Source of the DNA: an uncultured delta proteobacterium
GTDB lineage: Bacteria > Desulfobacterota > Binatia > UBA9968
Direction: 5' to 3'
Assembly: GCA_963771465.1 (NCBI GenBank)
Contig: CAVYTU010000017.1
Location: 384,001 to 448,000, forward strand
DNA length: 64,000 nt
The number at the start of each line of letters is the position of its first letter. Positions within the stretch are counted from its first letter, which is position 1. The translations under genes were made by a program, and so were the position numbers. Positions 16,980 to 26,556 of the stretch are shown here, one piece after another. The notes beneath the pieces were generated by a model. The model saw only the letters and a list, made by a program, of their open reading frames with translations, searched no databases and was not told the origin of the DNA.

Positions 16980-18779
16980 ATGGCAGAGGCACCGAAAGGC
17001 GGCGGAGAAATTTGGTCGGCGGGCATCGGCCGGAAGAGTAATGCCCAGTATGGTTCGGACTTGATGGTCGAAGTGCTGCGCGAGCTGGGGATTAAATATA
17101 TCGCGCTCAATCCCGGCGCGAGTTATCGCGGCCTGCACGATTCGATGGTCAACTTCGAGCCCGGCAAAGGACCGGAGATGATCATGTGCACCCATGAAGA
17201 GATCGCCGTGGCGATCGCCAACGGGTACGCGCGGGCGACCGGTGAGATCATGGCGACGGGCTTGCACAATATCGTCGGCTTACAGCACGCCAGCATGGCG
17301 ATCTTCAACGCCTGGTGCGACCGCACGCCGATCTTGAACCTCGGCGGCGGCGGGCCGCAGGATACCACCCAGCGCCGTTCCACCGATTGGGTGCACACGG
17401 CCAACGTTCAAGGTTTGGCCGTGCGCGAGTACGTCAAGTTCGACGATCAGCCGAACTCGGTGGATGCCGTCGCCGAATCATTTCTAAAAGCTTACCGCAT
17501 CGCCATGACCGATCCGAAGGGGCCGGTTTATATCTGCCTCGATAGCGACGTGCAGGAAGCCAAGATCGGCAAGCCAATGGTGGTGCCGCACGCGCAACTG
17601 TTCCGTCCGCCGTCAAGCCCTGGGGCAAATCCGGAAGCCTTGAAAACCGCAGCGCGCTTGCTCGCCGAGGCGCAGTGGCCGGCGATCGTCGCCGGCGAGT
17701 TGGGCAAAAATCCCAAGGCGCTGCCGCCGATGCTCGACTTAGCTGAAGCGTTGGGCGCGCCGGTCGTCGATGCCGACGGACGCTACGCTTTTCCGAGCAC
17801 GCATCGGTTGAATCTTACCAACGCGCGCGAGGATGCTTTGCAAAACGCCGACGTGGTGCTGGCGCTCGATGTGCCGAGCTTGGGCGTGCCGCTCGGCCCG
17901 TCGGTGCGTGAGCGCGGCACTTTTGCGCCGATCGTTTCGCCCTCCTGCAAAGTGATTCACATCACGCTGCTCGATCTCGAGCGGCAGAGCTGGGTGAGCG
18001 ATAACATGTGGCTTTTGCCGGTGCATGTGCCGATTGCGGCGGACACTGCGGTGGCGCTGCCGCCGTTGCTCGAACAAGTGCGGGAGCGTTTGGCGGCGAA
18101 CCCGAGTTCGGCAAAACTAGTGCAAGAACGGCGCGCCAAAGTCGAAGCGATCTATCAAGAGACGCGGCAGAAGAGCCAGGAGTGGATCAAGAAAACTTGG
18201 GACGAAAAACCGATCTCGCAAGCGCGCTTTTTCAGCGAGATCAATCAGCGCGTGCAGGGAAAATCCTGGGCGCTGGTTTCATCGCATGGGCGGCGCTGGC
18301 GCGAAGCCATCGAAGTCACCGAGCCGGCCCACGGCATGGGCGGCGGGCGTGGCGGAGGCGTTGGTTACGGTTTGCCTTCGTCGATCGGCTCCGCGCTGGG
18401 TTTTAAAGAAAGCGGCCGGCTGTGCGTTAGCATTCTCGGCGACGGCGATTTCTTGATGACCTCCAACGCGCTGTGGACCGCGTCGAAATATCAGATTCCT
18501 TTACTCGTGGTCGTGCTCAACAATCGCTCTTACTACAACGATGAAGAGCATCAAGAGCGCATGGCGCGGGCGCGCCAGCGGCCGGTGGAGAACAAGGGCA
18601 TCGGCATTCGCATCGAAGATCCGGCGCCCGACTTGTCGACCATCGCGCGCGCGTTTAGCGTCGATGCTTTCGGACCGATCACCGAACCGGCTGAGCTCGG
18701 CGCCGCGCTCGATAAGGCGATCGCGATCGTCGAAAGCGGCAAGCCGGCGGTGGTCGATGTGGTCACGCAACCGCGCTGA
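16980..18779 (+). CDS. Thiamine pyrophosphate-dependent enzyme (benzoylformate decarboxylase/acetolactate synthase-like)
   Basis: NPGASYRGLHDS, CTHEE, GDGDFLM...VLNNRSY TPP motif. Confidence 0.92.
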   Translation: MAEAPKGGGEIWSAGIGRKSNAQYGSDLMVEVLRELGIKYIALNPGASYRGLHDSMVNFEPGKGPEMIMCTHEEIAVAIANGYARATGEIMATGLHNIVGLQHASMAIFNAWCDRTPILNLGGGGPQDTTQRRSTDWVHTANVQGLAVREYVKFDDQPNSVDAVAESFLKAYRIAMTDPKGPVYICLDSDVQEAKIGKPMVVPHAQLFRPPSSPGANPEALKTAARLLAEAQWPAIVAGELGKNPKALPPMLDLAEALGAPVVDADGRYAFPSTHRLNLTNAREDALQNADVVLALDVPSLGVPLGPSVRERGTFAPIVSPSCKVIHITLLDLERQSWVSDNMWLLPVHVPIAADTAVALPPLLEQVRERLAANPSSAKLVQERRAKVEAIYQETRQKSQEWIKKTWDEKPISQARFFSEINQRVQGKSWALVSSHGRRWREAIEVTEPAHGMGGGRGGGVGYGLPSSIGSALGFKESGRLCVSILGDGDFLMTSNALWTASKYQIPLLVVVLNNRSYYNDEEHQERMARARQRPVENKGIGIRIEDPAPDLSTIARAFSVDAFGPITEPAELGAALDKAIAIVESGKPAVVDVVTQPR

Positions 18780-18798
18780 ACGGATGGCCATACGCGGA

Positions 18799-19371
18799 AT
18801 GACAAAAATAGTTTTGCTGGGAATACTTTGCGTGGCATTGGGTTGCGGAGAAAAGAAGGTTGCCATCGACACGGCGGTGGAGCGCGGTAAATACTTGGTG
18901 ACGATTACCGGCTGTCATGATTGCCATACGCCCAAGCTCGAAGGGCCGGGTGGCAAACCGGTTTTGGATGAAAAGCGATTGCTAGCCGGACATCCGGAGC
19001 AGGCACCTTATCCTTCTTGGACGCCCGACGATATGAAGCAGCGCAACGCCATGGCGCTGACGAATCCCATGCTGACCGCATGGGCCGGGCCGTGGGGCGT
19101 GAGCTTTGCGATCAATTTGACGCCGGACAAAGCAACGGGCATCGCTGAATGGAGCGAGCAAAACTTTATTCAGGCGATGCGCACCGGTAAGCATCAAGGC
19201 CAGCCCAACGGCCGCGATATTTTGCCGCCCATGCCATGGGAAGGTTTCAAGGTCATGACTGACGACGATCTCAAAGCCATGTTCGCATATCTGCGCAGCA
19301 TCGCGCCGGTGAAAAACCAAGTGCCGTTGCCGCTGCTGCAGGGCGGAGCGGCTCCCGAAGCGAAACCATAA
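18799..19371 (+). CDS. Mono-heme c-type cytochrome, probable lipoprotein
   Basis: Hydrophobic leader ending ALGC, CHDCH heme motif, NLTPD, PPMPW Met ligand. Confidence 0.85.
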   Translation: MTKIVLLGILCVALGCGEKKVAIDTAVERGKYLVTITGCHDCHTPKLEGPGGKPVLDEKRLLAGHPEQAPYPSWTPDDMKQRNAMALTNPMLTAWAGPWGVSFAINLTPDKATGIAEWSEQNFIQAMRTGKHQGQPNGRDILPPMPWEGFKVMTDDDLKAMFAYLRSIAPVKNQVPLPLLQGGAAPEAKP

Positions 19372-19410
19372 TGACGCAAGAGGAACGATGCCAATTACGG
19401 AGGAGTAAAA

Positions 19411-19602
19411 ATGGACAAGGTCATCGAACAATACTTGAAAGCGGTGCTTGAGCGCGAAGGTTTGGAGCCGAAGCCGGGCGACCTGGAACAGTTCGGCGAA
19501 ATCATCGGGCTCTATATGGAAAGTCTCAAACAACTGCACTCGGTCAATTTAGGCGAGGAAGAGTTGGGTCCCGTGTTCCGGCCGGAGTGGACAGGGAAGT
19601 AA
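19411..19602 (+). CDS. Small AtzG/GatC-like amidase accessory protein
   Basis: 63 aa, GGAGGAG RBS, C-terminal ELGPVFRP, directly upstream of an amidase. Confidence 0.65.
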   Translation: MDKVIEQYLKAVLEREGLEPKPGDLEQFGEIIGLYMESLKQLHSVNLGEEELGPVFRPEWTGK

Positions 19603-19606
19603 GGGC

Positions 19607-19641
19607 GAATTGAGAATTGACAATGGAGAATTGAAAATTGA
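19607..19641 (+). repeat. 7-bp-period tandem repeat
   Basis: gaattga gaattga caatgga gaattga aaattga. Confidence 0.75.
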
Positions 19642-19750
19642 GGGAAGCTTGTGGGAGCGGGTTGTGCTTCCATCGACTCGCAAGTTTCGTTGTTCGGGCC
19701 GATGAGCAGCTTATTGCCGATCGGTTTCTTGACCTAAGAGGAGACTCACC

Positions 19751-21136
19751 ATGGCCGTCGCCGAAAAACCGCTTTACTACTTTACGATTCATGAAGCGCA
19801 GCAACTGATTCACGATCGCAAACTTTCACCGGTGGAGTTGACCCAAGCTGTTCTCGATCGTATTGCCGCCGTCGACGGCACGCTGCACGCGTACATCAAC
19901 TTGATGTCCGACAGCGCGCTAGCCGAGGCGCGCCGCGCCGAAGCGGAGATTGCCAAAGGCAATTGGCGCGGCGCGCTGCACGGCATACCCGTCGCAGTGA
20001 AAGACCAGTTGGACGTCGCCGGGGCGCCGGCGCGCATTCGCCAATTCACTAAGGGCGTGGGCGACGCAACGCCCGTGCGCAAACTGCGCGAAGCGGGCGT
20101 CGTCTTGATGGGCAAGCTGCATATGAGCAGCCTGCCGGATGCCGACCTGCCGCTGCCGCGTAATCCATGGAACACCGAACATATCACCGGCGGATCGAGC
20201 ACAGGTTCTGGCGCCGCAGTCGCTGGCGGTTTGTGTCTTGGTGCCCTCGGCGAAGACACCGCGGGATCGATCCGCAATCCGTCGGCGTTTTGCGGCATCG
20301 CCGGCTTAAAAGCGACCTACGGTCGAGTCAGTCGGCATGGACTGGCGCCGCTCAGTTGGTCGCTGGATCACTGTGGCCCGATGGCGCGCGCGGTGGAAGA
20401 CTTGGCGCACATGCTCAATGCCATCGCCGGTTACGATGCCAACGATCCGACTTGCAGCGCCGCGCCGGTGGTCGATTACACCAGCGCGCTGCGCGACGAC
20501 GTCAAAGGCCTGACCATCGGCGTGCCGCGCGATTACATCGACGCCTGCGCGCCGCGCACGGATGCAGTGGTGCTTAAGCGCGTCGACGAAGCGATCGCCG
20601 TGCTGAAATCGTTGGGCGCTAAAGTAGCGGACGTAAAGTCGCCGACGCTTCATCTAGCAACCATTGCCAACGCGGTGATTTACTACAACGAGTTTTGGGC
20701 GGCGCACAAGAACGACGCGGCGTGGGTGCTGAAAAACGGCGCAGCGCAGCGGCGCGCGCGGATTTATCTGGGCCTGCTAACCGGCTCGGCGGATTATATT
20801 CAAGCGCAACGTATTCGCAGTCGCTGCCGCGCTGAGTTGGCGGAAGTGTTTGGCTCGGTCGACTGCCTGGCATTGCCTAATCAAGCCGGCCCCGCGCCGC
20901 GGGTCAAAGATGTCGGGCCGATCGATTCGCTTTACAAGCATGTGCGGCCCGAGTTTCACGGACCGTTTAACCTGACCGGTCTGCCGACGCTATCCGTGCC
21001 GTGCGGTTTCTCCGAAAGTAATCTGCCGATCGCATTGCAGTTGGTCGGCAAGCCTTTCGATGAAGTTACAGTACTGCGCGCGGGCTATACCTATCAGCAG
21101 CAGATGAAGTGGTACGAAAAGCGGCCGGGGATCTAA
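19751..21136 (+). CDS. Amidase-signature family enzyme
   Basis: GIPVAVKD, GGSSTGS, GEDTAGSIR (Lys-Ser-Ser triad), FNLTGLP. Confidence 0.92.
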   Translation: MAVAEKPLYYFTIHEAQQLIHDRKLSPVELTQAVLDRIAAVDGTLHAYINLMSDSALAEARRAEAEIAKGNWRGALHGIPVAVKDQLDVAGAPARIRQFTKGVGDATPVRKLREAGVVLMGKLHMSSLPDADLPLPRNPWNTEHITGGSSTGSGAAVAGGLCLGALGEDTAGSIRNPSAFCGIAGLKATYGRVSRHGLAPLSWSLDHCGPMARAVEDLAHMLNAIAGYDANDPTCSAAPVVDYTSALRDDVKGLTIGVPRDYIDACAPRTDAVVLKRVDEAIAVLKSLGAKVADVKSPTLHLATIANAVIYYNEFWAAHKNDAAWVLKNGAAQRRARIYLGLLTGSADYIQAQRIRSRCRAELAEVFGSVDCLALPNQAGPAPRVKDVGPIDSLYKHVRPEFHGPFNLTGLPTLSVPCGFSESNLPIALQLVGKPFDEVTVLRAGYTYQQQMKWYEKRPGI

Positions 21137-21151
21137 AAAATTCTGGTGGTC

Positions 21152-21192
21152 GTTGAAAACGTTCAAGCCGTTCAAATCGTTCAAATCGTTCA
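21152..21192 (+). repeat. 9-bp-period tandem micro-array
   Basis: gttgaaaac gttcaagcc gttcaaatc gttcaaatc gttca. Confidence 0.85.
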
Positions 21193-21213
21193 CGAGGTAT
21201 AGGAGAAGATAAA

Positions 21214-21558
21214 ATGGATATTCAACGAATCAATCCGCGCGAGTGGAACTGCAATGCGGCTGTGTTTGGCGATCTGGTGTTTTGCTCCGGCATGGTTGCC
21301 GACGATAAGTCGCTCGATATGAAAGGGCAGACGGCGCAGGTGTTAAAGAAGATCGATGCGGTGTTGGCCCAGGCCGGGACGAGCAAATCGCGCATCCTAA
21401 GCGCGACGGTCTACATGCAGGATGCCAGTTTGAAGGACGCAATGAACGAATCGTGGATGGCCTGGGTTGACCGTTCGAACCTACCCACCCGGACTGCCGT
21501 TGGGGCCGACTTGACGCCGGGGACCATGGTTGAAATCACCGTCTGCGCCGCGAAGTAG
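21214..21558 (+). CDS. RidA/YjgF family protein
   Basis: LVFCSGMV, QTAQVLKKID, MNESW, PTRTAV, VEIT. Confidence 0.9.
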   Translation: MDIQRINPREWNCNAAVFGDLVFCSGMVADDKSLDMKGQTAQVLKKIDAVLAQAGTSKSRILSATVYMQDASLKDAMNESWMAWVDRSNLPTRTAVGADLTPGTMVEITVCAAK

Positions 21559-21740
21559 CAGGTCGACAGTTTCCTAAATAGCCATATTTTGCTCTAATTT
21601 ATCCTGTGGATTACTAATATCTTTGTAGGTGAAACACCGATAAGTTGGCGGCTTGACCTTTCCCTCCGATTCAAATAGATAGTGTCTCCCAATACCGTGA
21701 GTTGGCCATGGACGGCGATGACGGATATGAGTTGAGTGCG

Positions 21741-21959
21741 ATGATGGATGATCCATCCGGAACTAAGAATCTGCCAGAGAAGCTGTTGACCTTAGAACAG
21801 GTCGCGGAGTACCTAAGCGTCGATAAGTTTACGATCTATCGTCTGCTCGCGGAAAAGGGCTTGCCCGCATTTAAGGTCGGAAACCAGTGGCGCTTCAAAA
21901 GGAGGCTGTTGGAGAACTGGCTACAGAAAAACTCTAACGCCCGCAAAAAAGATTCTTAG
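21741..21959 (+). CDS. Excisionase-like helix-turn-helix DNA-binding protein
   Basis: LLTLEQVAEYLSV...TIYRL...LPAFKVGNQWRF; start uncertain. Confidence 0.85.
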   Translation: MMDDPSGTKNLPEKLLTLEQVAEYLSVDKFTIYRLLAEKGLPAFKVGNQWRFKRRLLENWLQKNSNARKKDS

Positions 21960-22126
21960 CCAACCTATTGGCTGAGTCTACCGTAGAAAAAATCTCACAC
22001 TACTCCGCTTCCCGACAAAGCACTTCCACATTGTAACTCTCCGGATCCAAACGAATGCGCCGTAATAGCTGACGCTATAGTGAGGCCGCGCCCAGGCTCG
22101 TCGTTGTCTCCGCCTCCGGCGGTGAC

Positions 22127-23110
22127 TCAATAACCGCTCGACTGGATTCTCTGAATAAACGTCGCGTCAAGAATCGATTCCGGCTTCAGCGTCGAGAGCT
22201 TGGGATTGCTGCGAGTTAAAATCGAGTAGATCTTTTGCAGGCCTTCAGGTTTGGGCCGCAAATCACTGCTGTAAGCCGCGACCATGGCGTTGTAGCCGAT
22301 TTCTGCGTCTTCGACCCGGTTAAGCCGGAGATGTTTGGCCATTGTCTTTAGAACCTGCGGTTTGTTTTCCGGTTTTTGAAAAAACCGCAGCGAATCAATG
22401 GTTCCCTTGAGCAACGCTTCGTAGGTTCTCGCCTCCTGGTGCGCGACGTTCTTCTTGACCACCAAGGACGAACCGACGTAGGGGATTGGCACGCGGCTTA
22501 AGTCGACCAACAACGTGAAGCCTTTTTTCTTGAGCGGCGCGCTGAAGGTCGAGCCCATCCATGACGCCTGGGCGCGGCCGGTTTCGAGAGCTTGGATGCG
22601 CGAGGGCTGATCGCCAAGCACAATGAAATGGATATTGTCGCGGTCCGGATCGAGACCGAGGTAGTCCAAAGCGAGTATATTGTTGGCCCAACCGCCGCCG
22701 CCGATACTCTGGATCGCGACCAACTTGCCTTTGAGATCTTCCGGCCTCTTGAACTCGGGCCGCGCCATAAAGTCCCCCTCCGGGCGTTGGAACAGCGTGC
22801 CGATGATAACGACATCTAACCCTCCGGCGGCGAGATTCAACACGGCGTTGGAGCTGGTCAGAACCGCATTCACATCACCGGATACCAACGCCGATGCGGC
22901 GAGGGAACCAACGCGCATATAGATGGTCTCGACGTTAAGCCCGTGCTTGCGGTAAAAGCCTTGCTCAACCCCGACCCAAAGCACCGCCGGGTTTTCCCCG
23001 GACGTGCCGTTGGCGATGCGGAACGTGGTGAGCGGTTGGGCGTTGATCGTGCTCGTGAGCGTGATCGTGAAGAGAAATGCGAGGCGAATAAACTTGAACG
23101 TTGTTTTCAC
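22127..23110 (-). CDS. NMT1/SsuA-type ABC substrate-binding protein
   Basis: Signal peptide; GFYRKHGLNVE, ALVSGDV, EDLKGK. Confidence 0.85.
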   Translation of the reverse strand: MKTTFKFIRLAFLFTITLTSTINAQPLTTFRIANGTSGENPAVLWVGVEQGFYRKHGLNVETIYMRVGSLAASALVSGDVNAVLTSSNAVLNLAAGGLDVVIIGTLFQRPEGDFMARPEFKRPEDLKGKLVAIQSIGGGGWANNILALDYLGLDPDRDNIHFIVLGDQPSRIQALETGRAQASWMGSTFSAPLKKKGFTLLVDLSRVPIPYVGSSLVVKKNVAHQEARTYEALLKGTIDSLRFFQKPENKPQVLKTMAKHLRLNRVEDAEIGYNAMVAAYSSDLRPKPEGLQKIYSILTRSNPKLSTLKPESILDATFIQRIQSSGY

Positions 23111-23184
23111 TTTATCATCTTTCGTGTCTTCTTACCTTCGCTCGGTTGAGGGAGAGGGAAGGAGGAGGGTCGATCGAAGTTAAG

Positions 23185-23207
23185 AGGGCGGGTTACAAAC
23201 CCGCCCT
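23185..23207. repeat. REP-like palindrome or terminator hairpin
   Basis: agggcgggtt-aca-aacccgccct, 10-bp stem. Confidence 0.65.
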
Positions 23208-23237
23208 TGTTTTTGTGCGCTTTGCGGCTAATTCCAT

Positions 23238-24329
23238 CTAGTTTGTCGGCAGCCCGTAGAATCTTTCCGCGTTTCGATATCTCACGCCATCCTTGTCTTC
23301 CTTCGTCAACCGCGTGTTCTCGTCCAGCTCTTCGAGTTCTTCCTTGCAGGTGTCGTTGTTCACTTCATGAGGAAAGTCCGATGAGAAAATAAACGGCTTG
23401 TTACCGACGACGCTGACGGCGAAGGGCAGCGTCAGCTCGTCGCCTTCGACACCGACGTAAATGCGGTTTTCGTCGACGTGGCGCTTGATGTAATCGGTGA
23501 TCGATTCTTTTTCTCGCAACTTCAAGAAGCGCCCGCGCGGGTCGTATTGCACGTGACTGTTCCAGGCGCGTTCGAAGCGTTCGATACAGTTCACGAACCA
23601 GCCGGCGCCGGCTTCCATGAAGCCGAAGCGGACTTTGGGATACTTATCGAAAACGCCGTTGAATAGGATTCCGGCGAAATTCACCATCTGGCCGAACGGA
23701 TGGCCCAACGCATTGACCGGCGCGTAGGGCGTCATGTCGTCCAATCCCATGTGATCGTGCACGCCGCCGTGGATGCCGATGCAACATTCGAGACGATTGG
23801 CCTCTTCATAGATCGGCCAATACTTTTCATCGCCGAGATGATTCTGCGCGCCCATGACGCCGGTGCTCGGCAACATGGCGCCGCAAAAGCCCAACTCTTT
23901 GACGATGCGGCGCAGTTCTTTGACCGCTTCCGCCGGCTCCTGCAGTGGGATCAAGCCGAGCGCCTGAAAGCGCGAGCTCTTGCTCAAGTATTCGTCGTGC
24001 ATCCAGTCGTTGTAGGCATGCGCCAACTCGATGGCCCAGTCCAAACTGACGACACGGCCGAACGACAAGCCGTTGGTCGGATAGAGCACGGCGCTGGTGA
24101 GACCGACATCTTCCATGAAATCGATCCAGCCTTCGCGCCCGACTTTGGCGAAAGCGCCGGGAGGCAGGGCGTGCGCGTTGGCTGAATGCAAATGGTCGTT
24201 TGGAGGATAAGGGCTGCGGCTCGAGCCGAAACGGTCGCGATAAATTTCCGACATGCGGCCGGCGATCGCCGAGTGATCTTCGACGACATGACCGTCGCCG
24301 TCGATAATTTTGTGTTTTGGCTGTCACAT
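23238..24329 (-). pseudogene. Amidohydrolase_2 family gene with in-frame TGA at codon 2
   Basis: AGGAG-7nt-ATG(24329) TGA CAG CCA AAA CAC AAA ATT ATC GAC GGC GAC GGT CAT = M*QPKHKIIDGDGH, in frame with the 338-aa ORF; collinear with the 364-aa neighbour. Confidence 0.75.
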
Positions 24330-24373
24330 GTGATTGCTCCTCTGAATAGTCATGTCTCGAGCTCGGAGCCGGA

Positions 24374-24413
24374 GAATCTCGTTTTGCAAATCCGAGATTC
24401 TCGCTACGCCAGG
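24374..24413. repeat. REP-like inverted repeat between tandem amidohydrolases
   Basis: gagaatctcg ... cgagattctc (coordinates approximate). Confidence 0.55.
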
Positions 24414-24422
24414 AGACCTCTC

Positions 24423-25517
24423 TTAATTGAGCGTCAGCTGATAAAATCGCTGCGAGTTGCCGAATAGGATCGCGTCTTTGTCGGCTTGTTTAAGGTTCGG
24501 GTTCTCGCGCAGCTCCTCCAACTCATGCTTGCAGGTCTCGGCGTCGACTTCGTGCGGATAGTCGGTGGAGAAGACATAGGGCTTGTTGCCGGTGATGCGC
24601 ACCGCTTCGGTGATGCTCAACTCCTCGCCTTCGCAGCCGACGAAGATGCGTCCTTCGTCGATGTGGCGGTTGATATAATCTTTGATTTTCTCGCCTTTTT
24701 TCAGTTGCAAGAAACGGCCGCGCGGATCGAACTGCACATGACTCGCCCACGAGCCGGTGAACCGTTCCATACAGGTGAGCAGCCAGGCGCAGCCGGCTTC
24801 CATGAAGCCGATGCGCAAGCCGGGGAATTTATCGAAGATACCGTTGAAAATGATTCCGGCGAAGGCGATCATTTGGCTCATCGGATGGCCGAGCGCATTG
24901 GCGACGGCGTAGGGACTCATGTCATCCATCAATAGATTCTCATGGGCGCCGCCGTGAATCGCGATGGCGCAGCCCAGTCGTTCGGCTTCGCCGTAGATCG
25001 GCCAGTACTTCTCCGAGCCCAGGTGCGGCATATTGACGCCCATGGACGGCAACATCGCGCCGGAAAAGCCGAGATCGCGGACGATGCGGCGCAGTTCGAT
25101 TACCGCTTCCGTTGGCTCCTGCAGTGGAATCAATCCCATCGCTTTGAAGCGCTGGCTTTTAGAAAGATAGGTGTCGTGGATCCAATTGTTATACGCGCGC
25201 GCTAGCTCGATGGCCCAGTCGCGGCTGACGATCTTGCCGAAGGCGAGGCCAGCGCTGGTGTAGAGCACCGTGGTGCCGATGCCGACATCTTCGAGAAAAA
25301 GTTCCCAGCCTTCGCGCCCGACGTTGGCAAAGGCGCCTTTGGGCGTGATGTGGCGGTTGGCCGAGTGCAAATGATCGATGGGCGGAAAGGGATTCTTGCC
25401 GCGCGCCTCGGAAAAACTCCTGGCGATATATTCTTCCGGCATGTACTTGACGATGGACGCGATGTCTTCAACCACGTGGCCGTCGCCGTCGATGATTTTT
25501 TGTTGGGTGGCTGTCAT
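24423..25517 (-). CDS. Amidohydrolase_2 family protein
   Basis: IIDGDGH, IAIHGG, GFMEAG, FSTDYPH. Confidence 0.92.
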   Translation of the reverse strand: MTATQQKIIDGDGHVVEDIASIVKYMPEEYIARSFSEARGKNPFPPIDHLHSANRHITPKGAFANVGREGWELFLEDVGIGTTVLYTSAGLAFGKIVSRDWAIELARAYNNWIHDTYLSKSQRFKAMGLIPLQEPTEAVIELRRIVRDLGFSGAMLPSMGVNMPHLGSEKYWPIYGEAERLGCAIAIHGGAHENLLMDDMSPYAVANALGHPMSQMIAFAGIIFNGIFDKFPGLRIGFMEAGCAWLLTCMERFTGSWASHVQFDPRGRFLQLKKGEKIKDYINRHIDEGRIFVGCEGEELSITEAVRITGNKPYVFSTDYPHEVDAETCKHELEELRENPNLKQADKDAILFGNSQRFYQLTLN

Positions 25518-25813
25518 GTTGGTACCTTCTTGCTCCTTATAATCGGTCGGCTCAGTCGGATCCGACGATCAATCAATAAACTGCCTCACGCGGTTTTCCG
25601 CGCCGCTTCTTTCACCAGCGGATATTTTTCGCACAGCGTCTTCGTTGGAAGTGATCATGCAAATCTCCTTGCGCGGAATTTGCCGGATTCTCCAACAGGT
25701 GAGGGTGGGAGTCAAGGTGCTATTGGACTTGCAAAGGATGTAAAATGGCGTCCGCTGGTTTCGCCAGGTAAAATATCGGCTGGATTTTATTTTCGAGATT
25801 TAACAACGTGCCA

Positions 25814-25842
25814 TTGACTTCATCGAGAGTAACGCGTAGCTT
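25814..25842 (+). promoter_or_regulatory. Putative sigma70 promoter of the RRM gene
   Basis: TTGACT-17 nt-TAGCTT, about 200 nt upstream of ATG 26044. Confidence 0.45.
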
Positions 25843-26043
25843 GACACTATCTTCTTCAGTCAATGGCCTTCTGAGAGGACAGAAAAATTTGAAGGCCTCT
25901 TTCCGTCTCTATCCTCTGATAGCAATTTCTAAATGACAATCCGACCAGAGCGGGGGTTTAGTTTTTACGAGCCCATGTTCTGCCCCTTTAGCAGTTAGAT
26001 TCTCAGGATCACAGACCATAACAATGTCTCATAGGAGGACAAC

Positions 26044-26361
26044 ATGGGTAGTAAATTATATGTCGGTGGTTTGCCTTATTCAGTCACAGAAGGAAGTTTG
26101 CGGGAGCTTTTCTCGGCACATGGCACGGTTGAATCGGCCAACGTGATCTCGGATAAGTTTACCGGACAATCGCGCGGCTTCGGCTTTGTCGAAATGTCGT
26201 CGAGCGGCGAGGCGCAAAGCGCCATCCAGTCGCTCAACGGCACGCAATTCGAAGGGCGCAGCTTGACCGTCAATGAAGCCAAGCCGATGGCCAAGCGCGA
26301 TAACTTCGGTGGCGGTGGTGGCCGTAACGGCGACCGCGACGGCGGACGAAACCGCTATTAG
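26044..26361 (+). CDS. RRM RNA-binding protein with Gly/Arg-rich tail
   Basis: RNP2 LYVGGL, RNP1 RGFGFVEM; AGGAGG RBS. Confidence 0.95.
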   Translation: MGSKLYVGGLPYSVTEGSLRELFSAHGTVESANVISDKFTGQSRGFGFVEMSSSGEAQSAIQSLNGTQFEGRSLTVNEAKPMAKRDNFGGGGGRNGDRDGGRNRY

Positions 26362-26383
26362 TTTTTTCGTTAGATAAGTAGTG

Positions 26384-26423
26384 AAGAGGGAGGCATCTGG
26401 TCGGGGTGTCTCCCTCTTTTTTT
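26384..26423 (+). terminator. Intrinsic terminator
   Basis: aagagggaggcatc...ggtgtctccctctt followed by a T run. Confidence 0.8.
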
Positions 26424-26556
26424 GTGCGAACGGAGCGGCGTTTGAGGCTACCCTTGTTTAAGTAACCGAAAAGCCCTAGCCTAACTGACATACCTTTCCG
26501 CAAATCTCTCCAACCCGAGCAGCGTCGGCAGAACCGTTGTTTTCAGGAGGTTTCAT

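Noticed and set aside
18541-18798. N-terminal extension of the cytochrome ORF
   Set aside because: It overlaps the TPP gene in another frame; the signal peptide begins at 18784 or 18799.
21702-21959. Prophage or ICE boundary suggested by the excisionase-like gene
   Set aside because: No integrase, tRNA, att repeat or phage genes nearby.
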